Part shown: positions 1 to 12,501 of the stretch, in pieces
Position numbering within the stretch: the stretch's first letter is position 1
Layout: the number at the start of each line of letters is the position of its first letter
DNA from: Sarea resinae
Lineage: Eukaryota
DNA: 64,000 nucleotides
Assembly: GCA_026026165.1 (NCBI GenBank)
Contig: JAPEUD010000035.1
Span: forward strand, 1-64,000
Direction: 5' to 3'
Translations under genes and position numbers: made by a program
Notes under the pieces: model-generated
The model's database searches: none
What the model saw: the letters and a program-made list of their open reading frames with translations, nothing else
Told to the model about the DNA's origin: nothing

Positions 1-67
1 GGATGGGGGGGGGGGGGGGGGGGGGGGGGGAGAGAATATAGGGTACTGGTTTTTTTAAGAGTGTAAT

Positions 68-163
68 TATCTTTCTCTCTCTCTCTCTCTCTCTCTTCAT
101 AAGCTCTTAGGATTTAACTAACACTTTTAGATTTGAAGAGAGAGAGAGAGAGAGAGAGAGATA
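68..163. repeat. (CT)n / (GA)n microsatellites arranged as an inverted repeat, following a poly-G run at the window start
   Basis: tatctttctctc...cttca (68-99) is almost the reverse complement of tgaagagag...gata (134-163); poly-G at 5-30. Confidence 0.75.
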
Positions 164-754
164 GAAAGCTCTTAGATTGTCCCTAGTCAGCGGGAGGTTT
201 TGATGGACGAGAGTTTGTAATACAGCATTATTTCATTACTACCTACCTAGTACTAGAAATAGAACCCCCTCAGAGAGGAAATCTACCTAGGTTGTTATAT
301 CTTGGGCTTGCTGGACCAGTGAAAGTCTGTAGGCATGTACTATGTGCCGCGCGAGCGAGGGAAGTTCGGCACGGTCATTGTTTGATCAGTTATTGCTATT
401 CTTTTAGTCAAGTGATCAATCAACCGAACACTACCGTGGCTAGCAGCAGGGAGAAGGGAAGGCGAGGGTAGTTGAGAAGCGGCCACAAGGGTGTTGATTT
501 AAATTTCTAAAAGTAGAAGCCGCTTGCTAGCTAGAGCGAGGTCCCAGCACATGACCGTCATGAAAGCAGAGACGAGATAGAGAAAAGAGATCGTGTGGTT
601 TTGTTATGCTACGGTGCTGGCGGTACGGCTTAGTGGCATCCTAGACGAGCTGCTAGAAAAGGGAAGCTATGTCTCGCCATCCGGCCAGACTCCATTCACG
701 CACTTGGCAGGGAGAAAGCCTGGGGCAAGTAGGTGCTGGTTGAGAACCGAGAGC

Positions 755-2427
755 TCAATGCTTCCCCACGTCGAGGAGGTTTAGCCAGTTCAAGACCATC
801 ATGGCCTTGACGAGGTTCCCTCTGAGATCGAGATGCCTGTTTCACACAGCCGCGAAAGGAGACACGGCAAGGAATTAGCCAAAGAGGACCGATGAAAAAG
901 GGAGAGAAGGGAGAGAAGGGAGGGAACGAAGGAAAAGAGGACAGTGGGGACTGGAAACTTACACGCCATCGTACATGTTAGCCTGAATACTCATATTCCA
1001 GGTCCCGAGATGCTCGACGCCCCTCTTCGTGGCTTCGACCGCAACAGCCTCCTCAAATAGCATCAGTGCTTTGTTACCCTGGCTCACGAGCCACTCATCC
1101 GGTTTGGCTCTACCGGCTGCGTTGGGGGTGAGTATGAGTCGCGGCCAGAAGGATCCGGGCTGGGAGAGGTATGGAAGTTGGGATGTTGTGGAGGCGAGAA
1201 TCTGGTCGAGCCAGTTGAGGGTGGATTGGAGGTCAAGGTCCTGGCGATGATAGATCTCAGGGGCAATCTTCGGTGAAAAAGAAAGCAGAAGGAAGGACAT
1301 AGGAAAGGCGAAACTTACGTTCCAGAGGCCGTGGCCAAAGACGAAGGCGTAGGGCTTTCTCGGCTTAGAGGTACCGATTTGAGCCTTGAAACGATCGATC
1401 TCTTCAGACGGGATAGGGAACCGGATCATTTGCTCGACTAGAAATACTCAGCATCGCTAGGGGTAATCTGGGAGGACATCCTTACTCATTACATCCACGG
1501 TTCCAGGCTTGCACGCCACACTATCCGGGTCATTCTTCGCCACGTCCGAGGTCTTGAATATGCCCTGAACGGAGCATGCCTTGACATTGAATTGCTTGTT
1601 GCAAAAGCATTCCTTTCTGTAATGAGCACTGTCAAGACGAGCTACCATCGAGGGAAGTCGGCTTGATTTACCTCTCCTCGGGTGAAAAGTTCCAGTCAGT
1701 TACAGCACCATAGCCCAGATCCTTCCGCAGCAGCACATTAATACTGCCAATAACATGCCTCATCATACTATCACCAACAACGATGACTTTCTCGAACCGG
1801 CCAAGTATATCGCAGACTTCTTCGGTAGAGAACCAGCGCATGTCGCAGCCTCGGGGCATATAAGGAGCATCGTGTCCAATGCGGCCGCCAGATGACATGG
1901 CCGTGAGCATAGCTTTACGGCTGGTGCAGAGAGGAGCAAAGGGAGTGTGCAGGTCTAATGAGGAGAGATTGCATGTGCTCCGATACTGGTAGTTTTCAAA
2001 CGTGTCGATGGTGTCGGGGATGCGGTAGGCCAGCGGTTCAGGAGCCTTGAAAGCATTGCTCGAGGCAGTCGATGCATTGTAGACGAAGCCGACAGGGAAG
2101 CGCAGGCAAGACGGCTTAGCAATAATCAGAGTCGATCCTCGAGGCACTTCCAGAGGAGAGAGCGGGTAGACTTACAGTACCGTAATGGTAGTTCAAGTAG
2201 ATGTTGAACATCCAGAACGCCGCCAGTACGCAGACGGTAGCCAGTAGCCTCCGCACCGGTCGACGAGACAGTCGAGACTGCTGCTGATGGTTCAGAAGCT
2301 CCGGCAGCCAGAATCTACGTGGTGAAACATGTCGAAAGTCGTCATGGAGGTCATTCGGGCACAATGGAGTGGATGGGCCAGAGTTGTTGGCACGCCGCAT
2401 GATGAAGTCTTCGTGATCTTTAGCCAT
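755..2427 (-). CDS. Type II membrane SGNH/PC-esterase-like protein (putative O-acetyltransferase/esterase), 5 exons
   Basis: Spliced ORFs 2116-2427, 1668-2147, 1457-1648, 959-1429 and a last exon ending LNLLDVGKH* at 755; N-terminal TM (LLATVCVLAAFWMF); motifs VVGDSMMRH, FGHGLWN and YDGVHLD (GDS ... DxxH). Confidence 0.7.
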
Positions 2428-3194
2428 TGTTGATAGGAAGTCAGGCGCATCTCCTCATACCATTGAGTCAGGATGAATGATGACGGTGCAGAGATACTGT
2501 TTGGCTGATGGTGAAGAATGGCTTGCGCTGGGTGTGAAGTACAGTTCGGGTTCGAACGAGGAAGGCCTCAGGAATTCCGACACAGATCACGTTCACCGAT
2601 CCCTTATTCTGGATGCCTTGAAGAATTAATGGACACTATCAGGCGCCTCTGTCTTTCGAGGCAGCATTGATATGGAGGCCCCATAGCCCCTCATCATGAT
2701 TGCACGCATAGACTCCATCTGACGTGGCCACAGGCACCACTATCATTCCACCCATTGCTCGCCCATGAACAGAGATGGTAAGCTCATCCGGGCCTTGCAA
2801 CCTGGGAGCAAGCTGTGTGGTATACGGACATTGCACTCGTGCACGACGAGTGTTGACATTGGATCTCGATTCCGAGGTTTGTTTGCTTGCTGGCCTTATT
2901 CGGTAGCAGGTACTTTTAGTTGGTACTCCGTACTGCGTCCAGCGGGGCAGCTGGAGGGGACGGGGGCCGAGCTCACACGAGAAGGGCGATCATTCTCGAC
3001 GTCTGCACTACGGCGTATGTATGTTTGGCGGATCTGTAGGGCTGCACAACAAGGTCTAAGATATCAATGATTCATACCGCATTTCTCTCGTTTTGTGCGG
3101 CACTCCAATCTAACTCTCTTTCCGAATTTACGGCTCTGCTACTATTGACCTTGCACATTGACCTTCACTCGGCGCCCTGAATTGTGACGACAAA

Positions 3195-4950
3195 ATGGTC
3201 GACAAGCACGAGTCGTTTACGAGATGGGCCGTCGATCAAGGCGTCAAGGCCAATGGCGTAGCCCCTGCACTGCTCCCCGGTCGGGGCGTAGGAATCGTTG
3301 CGCAACGTCCCATCGAGGTAAATACACATTGGAACACATCAATTGCCCCAGGGGATTCTGCAGGAAAATGCTGGAAGAGAACTATATATTGCAATTTGAC
3401 TCCGAAGTTTTTCTTGTCCCTGTCATAGCTCATACATATGCCTGCAGGAAGGAGAGCACCTCGTTTTCGTCCCCGTCAAAGCACTGCTGAGCATCAACGG
3501 GGTCGACAAAGAGACTAAGGAAGCTCTCCCAGATATCACTGTGCACGGCCTGCTTGCTACATATCTTACCCTTCAGGCCACCGGAGCTTCGAAGTCGACC
3601 TTTCGAACCGAGTGGCGGGCTGTATGGCCGTCTCGAAAGGACTTCCGCGAATCGATGCCGTTTATGTGGCCAGCTTCGTTGCAGGCGCTACTGCCGCCTG
3701 CCGCCAAAGGTATGCTAAGTGGCATCCAACATGTCAACATCTCCTTTGTTTCTTGCTTTCTCATGCGCGAAAAGAAACCCTTTGAATAGCCCGAGCGAAA
3801 CTTTGGATTTGAACCCTCCCCTGACCCATACTGGGCGTTAGATCTCCTGAAAAAGCAGCAAGACAAGCTCGAAAAGGACTTCGCCACAGCCCGAAAGACG
3901 TATCAGCATCTTGAACGAGAGGATTTCGTCTACCATTGGCTCATGGCGAATACCAGGACTTTCTACTACGTTGCTCCTGGCTTGAGGAAGAAGCCGCCCC
4001 GGCCAGAGGATTGTATGGCGCTTTGCCCATTTGCGGATTACTTCAACCACACGGATTCGGGGGTAAGGGTGTCCCTCTGTTTTCTTCTTTAACCGATCCC
4101 GAGCGGTTTCGTTGATCATACGAGGTTGACCGTTCGCTGCAGTGTCCCGTCACGTTCGACAACAAGGGCTTTACCGTTACGAGTGATAAGAAGTACGGTA
4201 CGTTCACCCTATCTGCCCCGGCCTCTCTGAAAGGCTCTTGTCTGGGAACCTCAAGTGTTAATATGGAATGCAGAGGTTGGTGAGGAGGTATACGTCTCGT
4301 ACGGAAATCACAGTAATGACTTTTTGATGGTCGAATGTGCGTGATGTGTAGACCTCGTTTCGGCTTCTGGAGAGATGCTGACGCTACCTTGTGCGATCTG
4401 CAGATGGCTTTATCCTCACGAGAAACAAGTGGGATGAGCTGCGTCTTGACGACCTGGTCATGGAGAAACTGTCTGAGAGGCAGAAAACGAGGCTCAGGGA
4501 TGCCGGGTTCTTGGGGTAAGGAGTTTGACTCCAGCTCGTCTTTTTGGAATTCAGTTTCTGCCTTGGCCAATCCTCAATCATTCAACTCTCGCACAGTGTT
4601 TCTTTGCGTGAGCTAGATACTAATTTTTTATTCGTCGCTATAGGAATTACGTCCTTGATCAGGACCAAGTATGTTACAGGACACAGGTCGCCCTACGGTC
4701 GCTCATCCTGCCAGAAGCAAAGTGGCACCGTTTCATCAACGGAGAGTACGATGGGGAGAGAGAGCAGGACGAGGTGGATGAGCACATTGTTCGCCTTCTT
4801 CAACGATATCAGAGCCAAGCCTCCTACGCGATTACGGAACTCGAATCTGATGGGGGCCCTTCACCGGCGGCGAAAACGTTGCGCACTCGCTGGAGCCAGA
4901 TACGAGATATGCTATCGAATACGATACAGAGAATTGAACAGACCAATTAA
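3195..4950 (+). CDS. SET-domain protein lysine methyltransferase (Rkm2/Set11-like), multi-exon
   Basis: PGRGVGIVA, MALCPFADYFNHTD and [22 protein letters not shown] assembled across canonical introns; stop TAA ends at 4950. Confidence 0.85.
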
Positions 4951-5009
4951 ACGCCCCGAGAAACACCACACATTCGACAAACCGACGAGTATTGCGTTTC
5001 AGGTCAATC

Positions 5010-6506
5010 TTACAAGCTCGGGTCCAGTCCGAACGAATCTGAAATAGCTTCAACAGGGAGGCCGTCAGTGCGGCCGTTGGAGAGATTGACGGCCTTTCCC
5101 TTCAGCATCTGGATGAGCATGTAGTTCATCACACACGAGATCCCAAGCTCTTCACCTCTTCGGACGATATAGCCGTTGATATAGTCGATTTCCGTTTCCT
5201 TTGCGGCTCTTATGTTTTGCAGCATCGAGCTCAGATTCTTGGACGTCTTGGCGGCCACGGAAACAGTGATGGTCTCAAGCCGATGCGGCGCAAATCGCGT
5301 CTGGATGTTCGGCACCCCCTGTAGTTCTGGGAGAGAGCGAATGACGAGAGAAGTCTCAGCCAGCAGGAGTCGCATCGTGCGAGTGAGGGCGAAATTGTTG
5401 AGGAGATCGCCATTGCGGCACGCTAGCACGGCCGTCAGAGGGTTTATTATAGAATTTACTGCCAGCTTCTCGAGTTGCATGAGCTGAAGATCTGTGGGCG
5501 AGAACCCTGTAGCGGCGAGGACAGGTGTGCGAATGATGGTTTGGAGGAGATAGCGTGATGAAGATGCCCATTTTTCTGACGCCTTCGCCCCGGGAGGCAA
5601 GCTGCTGAGGTCTCCGATAGGATATCGAGGAAGTATACCGAGAGCTATGGTCCCGAGACCACCTAGATTTATACCAAATCCGGTATTGCCAATGGGGTAG
5701 ATACCGTGCGTAATTACACCCAGCATGTAATTTGGCCGCGTCTCGATGTCCGGAAATAGTTCCTTGTTGACCTGGTCTATCACCCCCATCCCATTTTGAA
5801 GAAGCAGGATCGTCGAATCACGCGTGAGGCGATGACGAACTTTGGAGAGGGCGCTGATCGTATTCTGCGCGGGGACTGTGACTATCAGATTATGTATTAT
5901 GCCCTTCGCATCCACATCGCCATCCTCATCCTCTAGAGCAGAAGTTCCAGAAGCAGTAGCCGCCGTTTCGGAAGGATCCTTCTTGAATTGCCCGGGATCT
6001 GTGGCCTCCGCTTCTGTATCCAGAGGCCCAACCAAGTCAATGTGAAACCCATCGTGCGTCTCAACCTGGCCATGTGTCATCAGGTCAATCTTTCTCCCAT
6101 ATTGCTCCCACACGCGGACGGAGCTGTGCCGTCGAAAGACCAAGGTGACAGGAGGGGGTTTCGGTATGCCTGCCAACGAATGCGCTATGAACTTTCCGAT
6201 GTTGCCAACTCCGATGATATGGATCATTTCGGAGGCAGGAGTAGAAGGGCTGTTCATGCGAGTAGGTTGTCGATCCTCTCCTGTGGATCGTTCCATTGGC
6301 CCTCTTCTCCTGGGGCTCTGTTCCTCTTCTTGTTGACGCCATGAGGTACTGCTGATATGGCAGTGTGGTATATACGACGGCTTGATGATCGATATTCTGG
6401 TGGCCCCCCAGCCGAGGTTGTGGTTACCGTGGATGCATGGTGTCTGGGATTGTGGTATTCGTGCGAACACCCGCCTGAGCGGATGTGAGGCTCTGGAGAG
6501 AGACAG
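5010..6506 (-). CDS. 2-dehydropantoate 2-reductase (ketopantoate reductase, PanE/ApbA family) with an N-terminal extension; start uncertain (CTG 6506 or ATG 6296)
   Basis: IHIIGVGNIG Rossmann motif, LLQNGMG, EKLAVNSIINPLTA, SSMLQ, TEIDYINGYIVR. Confidence 0.88.
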   Translation of the reverse strand: MSLSRASHPLRRVFARIPQSQTPCIHGNHNLGWGATRISIIKPSYIPHCHISSTSWRQQEEEQSPRRRGPMERSTGEDRQPTRMNSPSTPASEMIHIIGVGNIGKFIAHSLAGIPKPPPVTLVFRRHSSVRVWEQYGRKIDLMTHGQVETHDGFHIDLVGPLDTEAEATDPGQFKKDPSETAATASGTSALEDEDGDVDAKGIIHNLIVTVPAQNTISALSKVRHRLTRDSTILLLQNGMGVIDQVNKELFPDIETRPNYMLGVITHGIYPIGNTGFGINLGGLGTIALGILPRYPIGDLSSLPPGAKASEKWASSSRYLLQTIIRTPVLAATGFSPTDLQLMQLEKLAVNSIINPLTAVLACRNGDLLNNFALTRTMRLLLAETSLVIRSLPELQGVPNIQTRFAPHRLETITVSVAAKTSKNLSSMLQNIRAAKETEIDYINGYIVRRGEELGISCVMNYMLIQMLKGKAVNLSNGRTDGLPVEAISDSFGLDPSL

Positions 6507-6830
6507 GATGGATGATGGGCTGGATTAAGCTGTATGGCGAGTTTAGAAGTGCATGAGCGTTTTGTTTAGTTATATGAAGTGCCGAGGGTGTCCAAGAGGG
6601 GAGGATGAGGCAAGTGAGAGAGTATACGACGGAGTAAAGAGTAGTGGAGGTCCCGACTTTCCGTCGTAGACGTCAAGAGCTCCTTCACTTTCGCTTCGGC
6701 TGGCCTCGTCAAACCGCAGCCCTACGAGCATCCCAACTGGAAAAGCATTTTTCAAGTCTACACCAATCCACGCGGCGCCTTTAGCAGAGGACCCAAATTG
6801 AATATCCGTCTGCTCCTATCTCCAGAAGCC

Positions 6831-7904
6831 ATGGCAGGTTTAGATACAGTCGACCTGCGGCCTCTGCTAGAGAGGCTCGACGACAAGATCGACGACCTCG
6901 AAGAATCTCTCGAACCGCTTCTCAAGACTGCCCTCTCGGAGAGTGCCGCTCGACTTCCTATCGTCGACAAGGCGAAGCTCTATGTCCTGACCACCTATGC
7001 GATAGAATCGATCCTCTTCTGTGCGTATTGGAACGGATCCAGTGTTCTCTTGACTTTGTGTGCTTACGGGCGTTCTGTATAGCTTATTTGCGCCTCAATG
7101 GTGTCAATGCAAAAGAGCATGCCGTCTTTAGAGAGTTGACGCGTGTCAAGCAATACTTCGAGAAGATCAAACGTGTTGAGGCGGGTGAGGTGAAGCGAGA
7201 GAATTTGAGTCTCGACAAGCAGGCTGCTGGGCGCTTCATCAAACATGCATTGGTATGTCTCGATATCCCGCAGTCCGAATCCCGTCTGCTTCAAGATGGC
7301 CCAAGTTAACGGTGTATCATAGGCTGGAAACGACAAGTATGATCTCGAGCGGGCCGAGCAGCAGGCCAAGGAGAGGGCCCGATCCCACATCAGGTTTGAG
7401 CAGACATCTACGAAGCGCAAAGCCGACGAGACCGAAGGTTTAGCACGCGAGCCCGAAGATAGCTCATCCAGCAGCTCTTCGGACGAGTCCGAATCGAATG
7501 GTGATGCTAGTCCAACAGGTGATGCAGAGGATGCGACGGCAGAGAGACCAAGTAAAAAACAGCGCAATAGTTCATCTATAGGCGGGAACATAAGTCAAAC
7601 GGGCTCGAGTGGTTCCGGTAAATACAGAAAAAAGAGGCATGCGGGAGAGAAGAAGCGACAACTTAGGACGGCGGACACGAAGAGCGAAGGTATGTTGTCG
7701 TTTTCTAGAATCCCCGAACAAGGTGCTGAATATCTTCCAGAAACCTCCGAGGCGATCGTTCCCTCGAGTTCGAAACCGAATCCAAGTCACGATCCTCTAA
7801 GTCACAGCGCAGCGTTTCAAGCGCTACTGAACGGTCCCCTTCCTAAAAGAGACAACTCGAAGAACCAGAAGCTATCGAAGAAGGAGAAAAGGGCAGCGAA
7901 GTGA
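6831..7904 (+). CDS. C1D/Lrp1 (Rrp47) exosome-associated protein, Sas10/Utp3/C1D family, 4 exons
   Basis: IVDKAKLYVLTTYAIESILF|AYLRLNGVNAKEHAVFRELTRVKQYFEKI...AAGRFIKHAL; acidic and Lys-rich tail. Confidence 0.85.
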
Positions 7905-9269
7905 AATGCCATTGGCCATCAGAGGAGGGGAGCAGGCTAAATTACTCGGCTCGGCACCCTTTCAAGGTTTTCTATCCGTGCCAAGGGTCTCAATTACTAC
8001 GGCGTAGGTGGATTATGAGGTCAGAATTAAGACGTGAGATATTGTCATGATTACGGTGAGTATTCTAGTCCAAGGGAATTACACATGTTAGGCAGCTCGG
8101 GGCGGCTGATCCTTCCACAGTTGCCGCATACGGAGTACATAATATCCATGTATACGTCCCCGGGAAGATCTATCAAATGCATGTCAGCGCCGGGATTATC
8201 TCTGCGAAACCATGCAGCGACGCCAAATCGCGGTCTGAGGTACTTGGTACCAGGTTACACGGTAGGACTGGATACACGGTGACTCGGCTCTCAGCCAGCT
8301 TACAGCACCCAACAGTCTTGGGTTGTTTCTGCTTTAACCGCCACGCGCGGATAAAGAAAAAGTTGAGATGGCATGCATTGGTTCTGCTGGAGCAGAGAGC
8401 CAAGCATGACCAGCTCGTTGTTTGTTACGTGCTTTGGTCACTTCAGCCTGTGTTACAATTTATAGCGTTGATTTCGATGGGTCGGGCGAGTAGATCTTCG
8501 TGTTTCGCCCACGCTTTGCACACCCACTCGCCTTTTCAGGACTAGCGCGAGGGGCAAATCACCAGGGCCAGTCGAATGATCCCTGAGATTCCCCGAGATG
8601 CTCTCATCCACGGAGGGTTGGGGCACGACATCGATTGTTCATCATAAATAGGTCGACAGCTGGAGGTGATGCTGCAGCTGCTCTCTGGGACTCGATCACA
8701 GTCCGGAATGGAATGGATGGGTAGGATGGAAGGAGCTTCGGATCTACCACCTCGTGCACATCATCTCCTTCTCTTCTCGCTGAGCATCATACAACAGATC
8801 CATGAAGACTTTTACCGTCCTACACGTGCATGTCATCCGCTTCGACCATTTGTTCTGACTTGCTGTGACGATACTAGATATGCTGGTACCTGTCATTACT
8901 TCCAAAGGGTGGCTGACCTATGACACGCCAGACCCTGACCATTTAGTCAAATATGGAAGCTCAAATGTCTCTCGAAGACATCCGCCGACGCGAATCTGAT
9001 GGAAGTATACAACTCGCCATATCAGCGTCGTCGCGCTCTCCTGAGAGAGGGCTGTTCTTGAGCGAATACCCTGCTTCAACGACTATGACCTTCCTTTCAG
9101 ATGCTCGTGTCCGGATAGCTGGTGGGGCCTCCCTGCCACATGGGCCAAGATGCCCAGCTGACGGTTGTCAAAGAAGCTCAGTACTGCTCTTTTCATGTAT
9201 AAAGAAGGCTTTTGGCCTCTCATATGTGATGTATGATACGGAGAAATAGAAAATGCCAAGGCTGTCAAC

Positions 9270-10562
9270 ATGATTACTCTTTCACTCACTTCGTTGGTCT
9301 TTCTCGCCATGACCGAAGGTGGCTTGTCCATGGCGCTGACCCCACGGTCCTCACCCGCCATCCCGAGTTCTGTGCCGTCGTACGCCTTGGACTATGGTAT
9401 GTTCCCTCACTCCTCACCTGTGCACAAGTAACACGGAGCTTACCTTTACTTAGCACCACTGGTCTGGCTAGATGTCGAAGAGAATTACTTTCCTTCCGAC
9501 ATGGCTGCACAGCTTACGAACACACAACCCGAGCTGAACTACACTGTCATCACTACTGGCCCGTCTCCTCTAACACTGGACAATCTGAACTCTTTGAATC
9601 CCAATGACGAAGATGTCTACTTGACCTCGATTGATGACATCAGCACCAACCCGGCGTGGCTGAATGGCACAGTACCCGATGGCTCTGGGCAGACTGAGGG
9701 AGCTGTCAGTTCCGTGATCGTCTCTGTTGATAAAGGCTCTGGAGAGGTCGATGTTTTCTACTTCTACTTTTATGCGTGAGTGTTCGAGAACCCTGGTGGA
9801 GTCAATACTCTCTGACAAGGGTGAAGATATAACAAGGGTGATATCGTCTTGAAGCAAGAGCTGGGTGATCATGTTGGAGACTGGTATGTCTGGAAAGTTG
9901 CTGCCAATCTTTGCACGGCTAACATTCCTCGAGGGAGCATAACATGATCCGCTTTCAGGATGGCACCCCGCAGACCGTGTGGTTCAGTCAACACAGCTTC
10001 GGCGAGGCTTTCACATACGACATCGTACAGAAGCAGGGCCAAAGGGTACCGTCCTCTTCATCTCAAGAATTCGACTTGGATCTAATTGCTCATTGTCCAT
10101 ACAGGTGATCGACTTCAGTGCTCGTGGCACCCACGCCAACTATGCCATCAATGGGTTCGCCTCCTTAACTCCGGATATTAAACGAGTTCGCGACTGACGG
10201 GCATGTCTAGAACACACGACCACACGATTCCCGATCTCAATCTTGACGGCGGTCTTATTGATGACTACACTAGTCAAGGCACGCTCTGGGATCCCACCCT
10301 CAGCGCTTATTACTACAGCTACGACAATTCGACGGGAGTGTTCACCCCTTACGATTCCAGCTCACCCGTCAACTATCTCTACTACCTTGGCCAGTGGGGA
10401 GACGACCAATACCCCAGTTCGGACCCACGTCAGAAGGAATTCTTCGGTTTCTACAAGTATACTGCCGGGCCGACTGGGCCAATCGATAAGAAGCTTGGCC
10501 GGACCGACGTGTGCCCGCCCAGCAGTGATGCCTGCATCATTCGCACCGAGCTGGGACCCTGA
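9270..10562 (+). CDS. Vps62-like protein with a signal-peptide-like N-terminus, multi-exon
   Basis: VPSYALDY|APLVWL..ENYFPSD, FYFYFY|AYNKG, GDHVGDWEHNMIRF, ARGTHANYA, YLGQWGDDQYP, GPTGPIDKKLGR. Confidence 0.85.
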
Positions 10563-12501
10563 CCGAACATGCGGAGGATGCTCAAGGGAGCTGTCGATAG
10601 CAAGCACAGGACCATCTGTGACAAGGCTTCGACCGTTGCCGACTGACCTCCAGATGAAGTATGGGAGCAGACTTTGTCGAAGTGATAGACCGAGCAGGCA
10701 CAAACTGCCTGCACTACGCAGTACATACCCCCTTAGAGAATGCACATCTTCACACTGCAACTGTCCACAAGTTATAGAAAGCTTCACCCCTCCGATCGAG
10801 GTTCGCATGGATAAGTATTCGGATTCGGTAGCAACGGAGTACGGAATCAGTGTACGGGATTTGCCTTGAAGCGGGGCCCATTAGCTTCCCTCTTAGGGTA
10901 AGGTACTGCGTAAGGTACTAAGGTAGGTACTCCGTAGACTCCGTCGTACCTAGTATGGCCAGGTACTTCAGACGGTCTATTATCGTACATGGTGAGCTAG
11001 GTACCTTACCTGCCTACTGTACGAGTACCTACATCGTACATACCTACTCGTAATACAGTGGATGCAGTGTTGACAGGGTCCAGACAGAGCCAGACAGAGC
11101 CAGACAGACCCCTTAATCAGTGCTTCGACCCCCTGAAGGTGACACTATGCTGCATGTAGCTCCCGGGTCTCCATTATCATTTGAGGACATGTTGCGCTTG
11201 AAGAGCCCGGAGCCGCGATTGAAGCCTTTCGCACCACTTCAGTACTCCGGAGTAGCCTTGCGATAGACTAGAGTAGAGTAAGCCATTACAGAGGCGGCTA
11301 GTCAGCCTGTCTGGCCAAACCTAGGTCGACAGGAGATTATCAACGAACTCTCTCGGGCGACTGAGCCGCATCCAGTCTGTCTAAATCTGTTCAGGTCTGC
11401 CCAGTCCAGACTAGCTGGGAGCAGCCGGACCTGTCTCGAGATAGCTGGGAGAATCGGCGTGTGCGCGGACGCTGTGCTGTGCGTGAACCTGCATGAACCG
11501 CCGCCGTGGTTTCAGACTTGTTCGGTTCTGGACCCTGTCGTGACCGGGCCAATTCCGACATGATTGGTGCTGGGCTAAGAATGAGGCCAGTGCGAGACTG
11601 TGTATCCTTAGAGCATCCGTCGTTGCCCTCTCCCTCTCTCGCGAGCTCGTCACGACAGAAGGTGAGCGCTGGGCCCAAGTGGGAGAAGTGCCCAGCAGGG
11701 GAAAAGAGGGAGACAGGCGAACGAAGAGTCGCCGTTTGATATGTGTGATATTAGCCCCTGAATCAATCGAGCTTCATCACTAGAGGATTGATGTGTCTTC
11801 GTTTTCCCTCCCGACCTCTTTTCTTGCTACTTCGCGATTCACCTATTGCATCGACGTGTTCTACGACGCCTTCTCTTGCGAGCGCACGATGAGAGAGCTT
11901 TAACACCAGTCTGCCATCGCTTCATCGCGGCTTCAAATCCAACATCCACTGACTGACTGACTGATTGATTCGATCGCCATACAATTTCTACCGACCAGCA
12001 AGCGCGCGTTGCGATATCTATTGAGCGCGCAATCCTCTCACTTCACTCTCAATCCATCTCAAACCTCTTTGCATCCCTTGCGACTCTCTTTCATTTTCGC
12101 ACCACCTTGCGGTGCAGATTGCAAAGTATCATCACATCTCCAAACCAGATTTCCGACCTGCAGCAACAGATCACCCGTCTCTCATTGTTTGCTTGGCACC
12201 CGCGACTCGGTCTATGCACAGTGAAAGGTACTCTCATCTCACAGTCTTCTTGCATTCGCTGCGCTGTCGTGTTTGCGTGTCGTGGTTTGGTGTTTCTAAC
12301 GCTAGATAGCCGTCAGTGAAACCTTGAGTCTAAGGTCCATTTTCGAAAGTCGGGTGTCTCTATCTTCAAAGCATTGACATCTCAGGGTCCTCTGGCTGGC
12401 ATTTTGATCCGAACCGACCCTCGTCTCCCACGTTTCACTCCAGCCTCTCACCAACTCGAGCTTACGGTGGCAGTACCGAAGACTTCCGTCAGCGATACAA
12501 C

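Noticed and set aside
8802..8917. Possible spliced mini-ORF (MKTFTVLH|ICWYLSLLPKGG) upstream of the Vps62-like gene
   Set aside because: Only 20 codons with a weak donor and no independent support.
12334..12501. 56 open codons in frame upstream of the septin AUG
   Set aside because: Short enough to be chance in an AUG-poor leader, with no compelling near-cognate start; needs conservation data.
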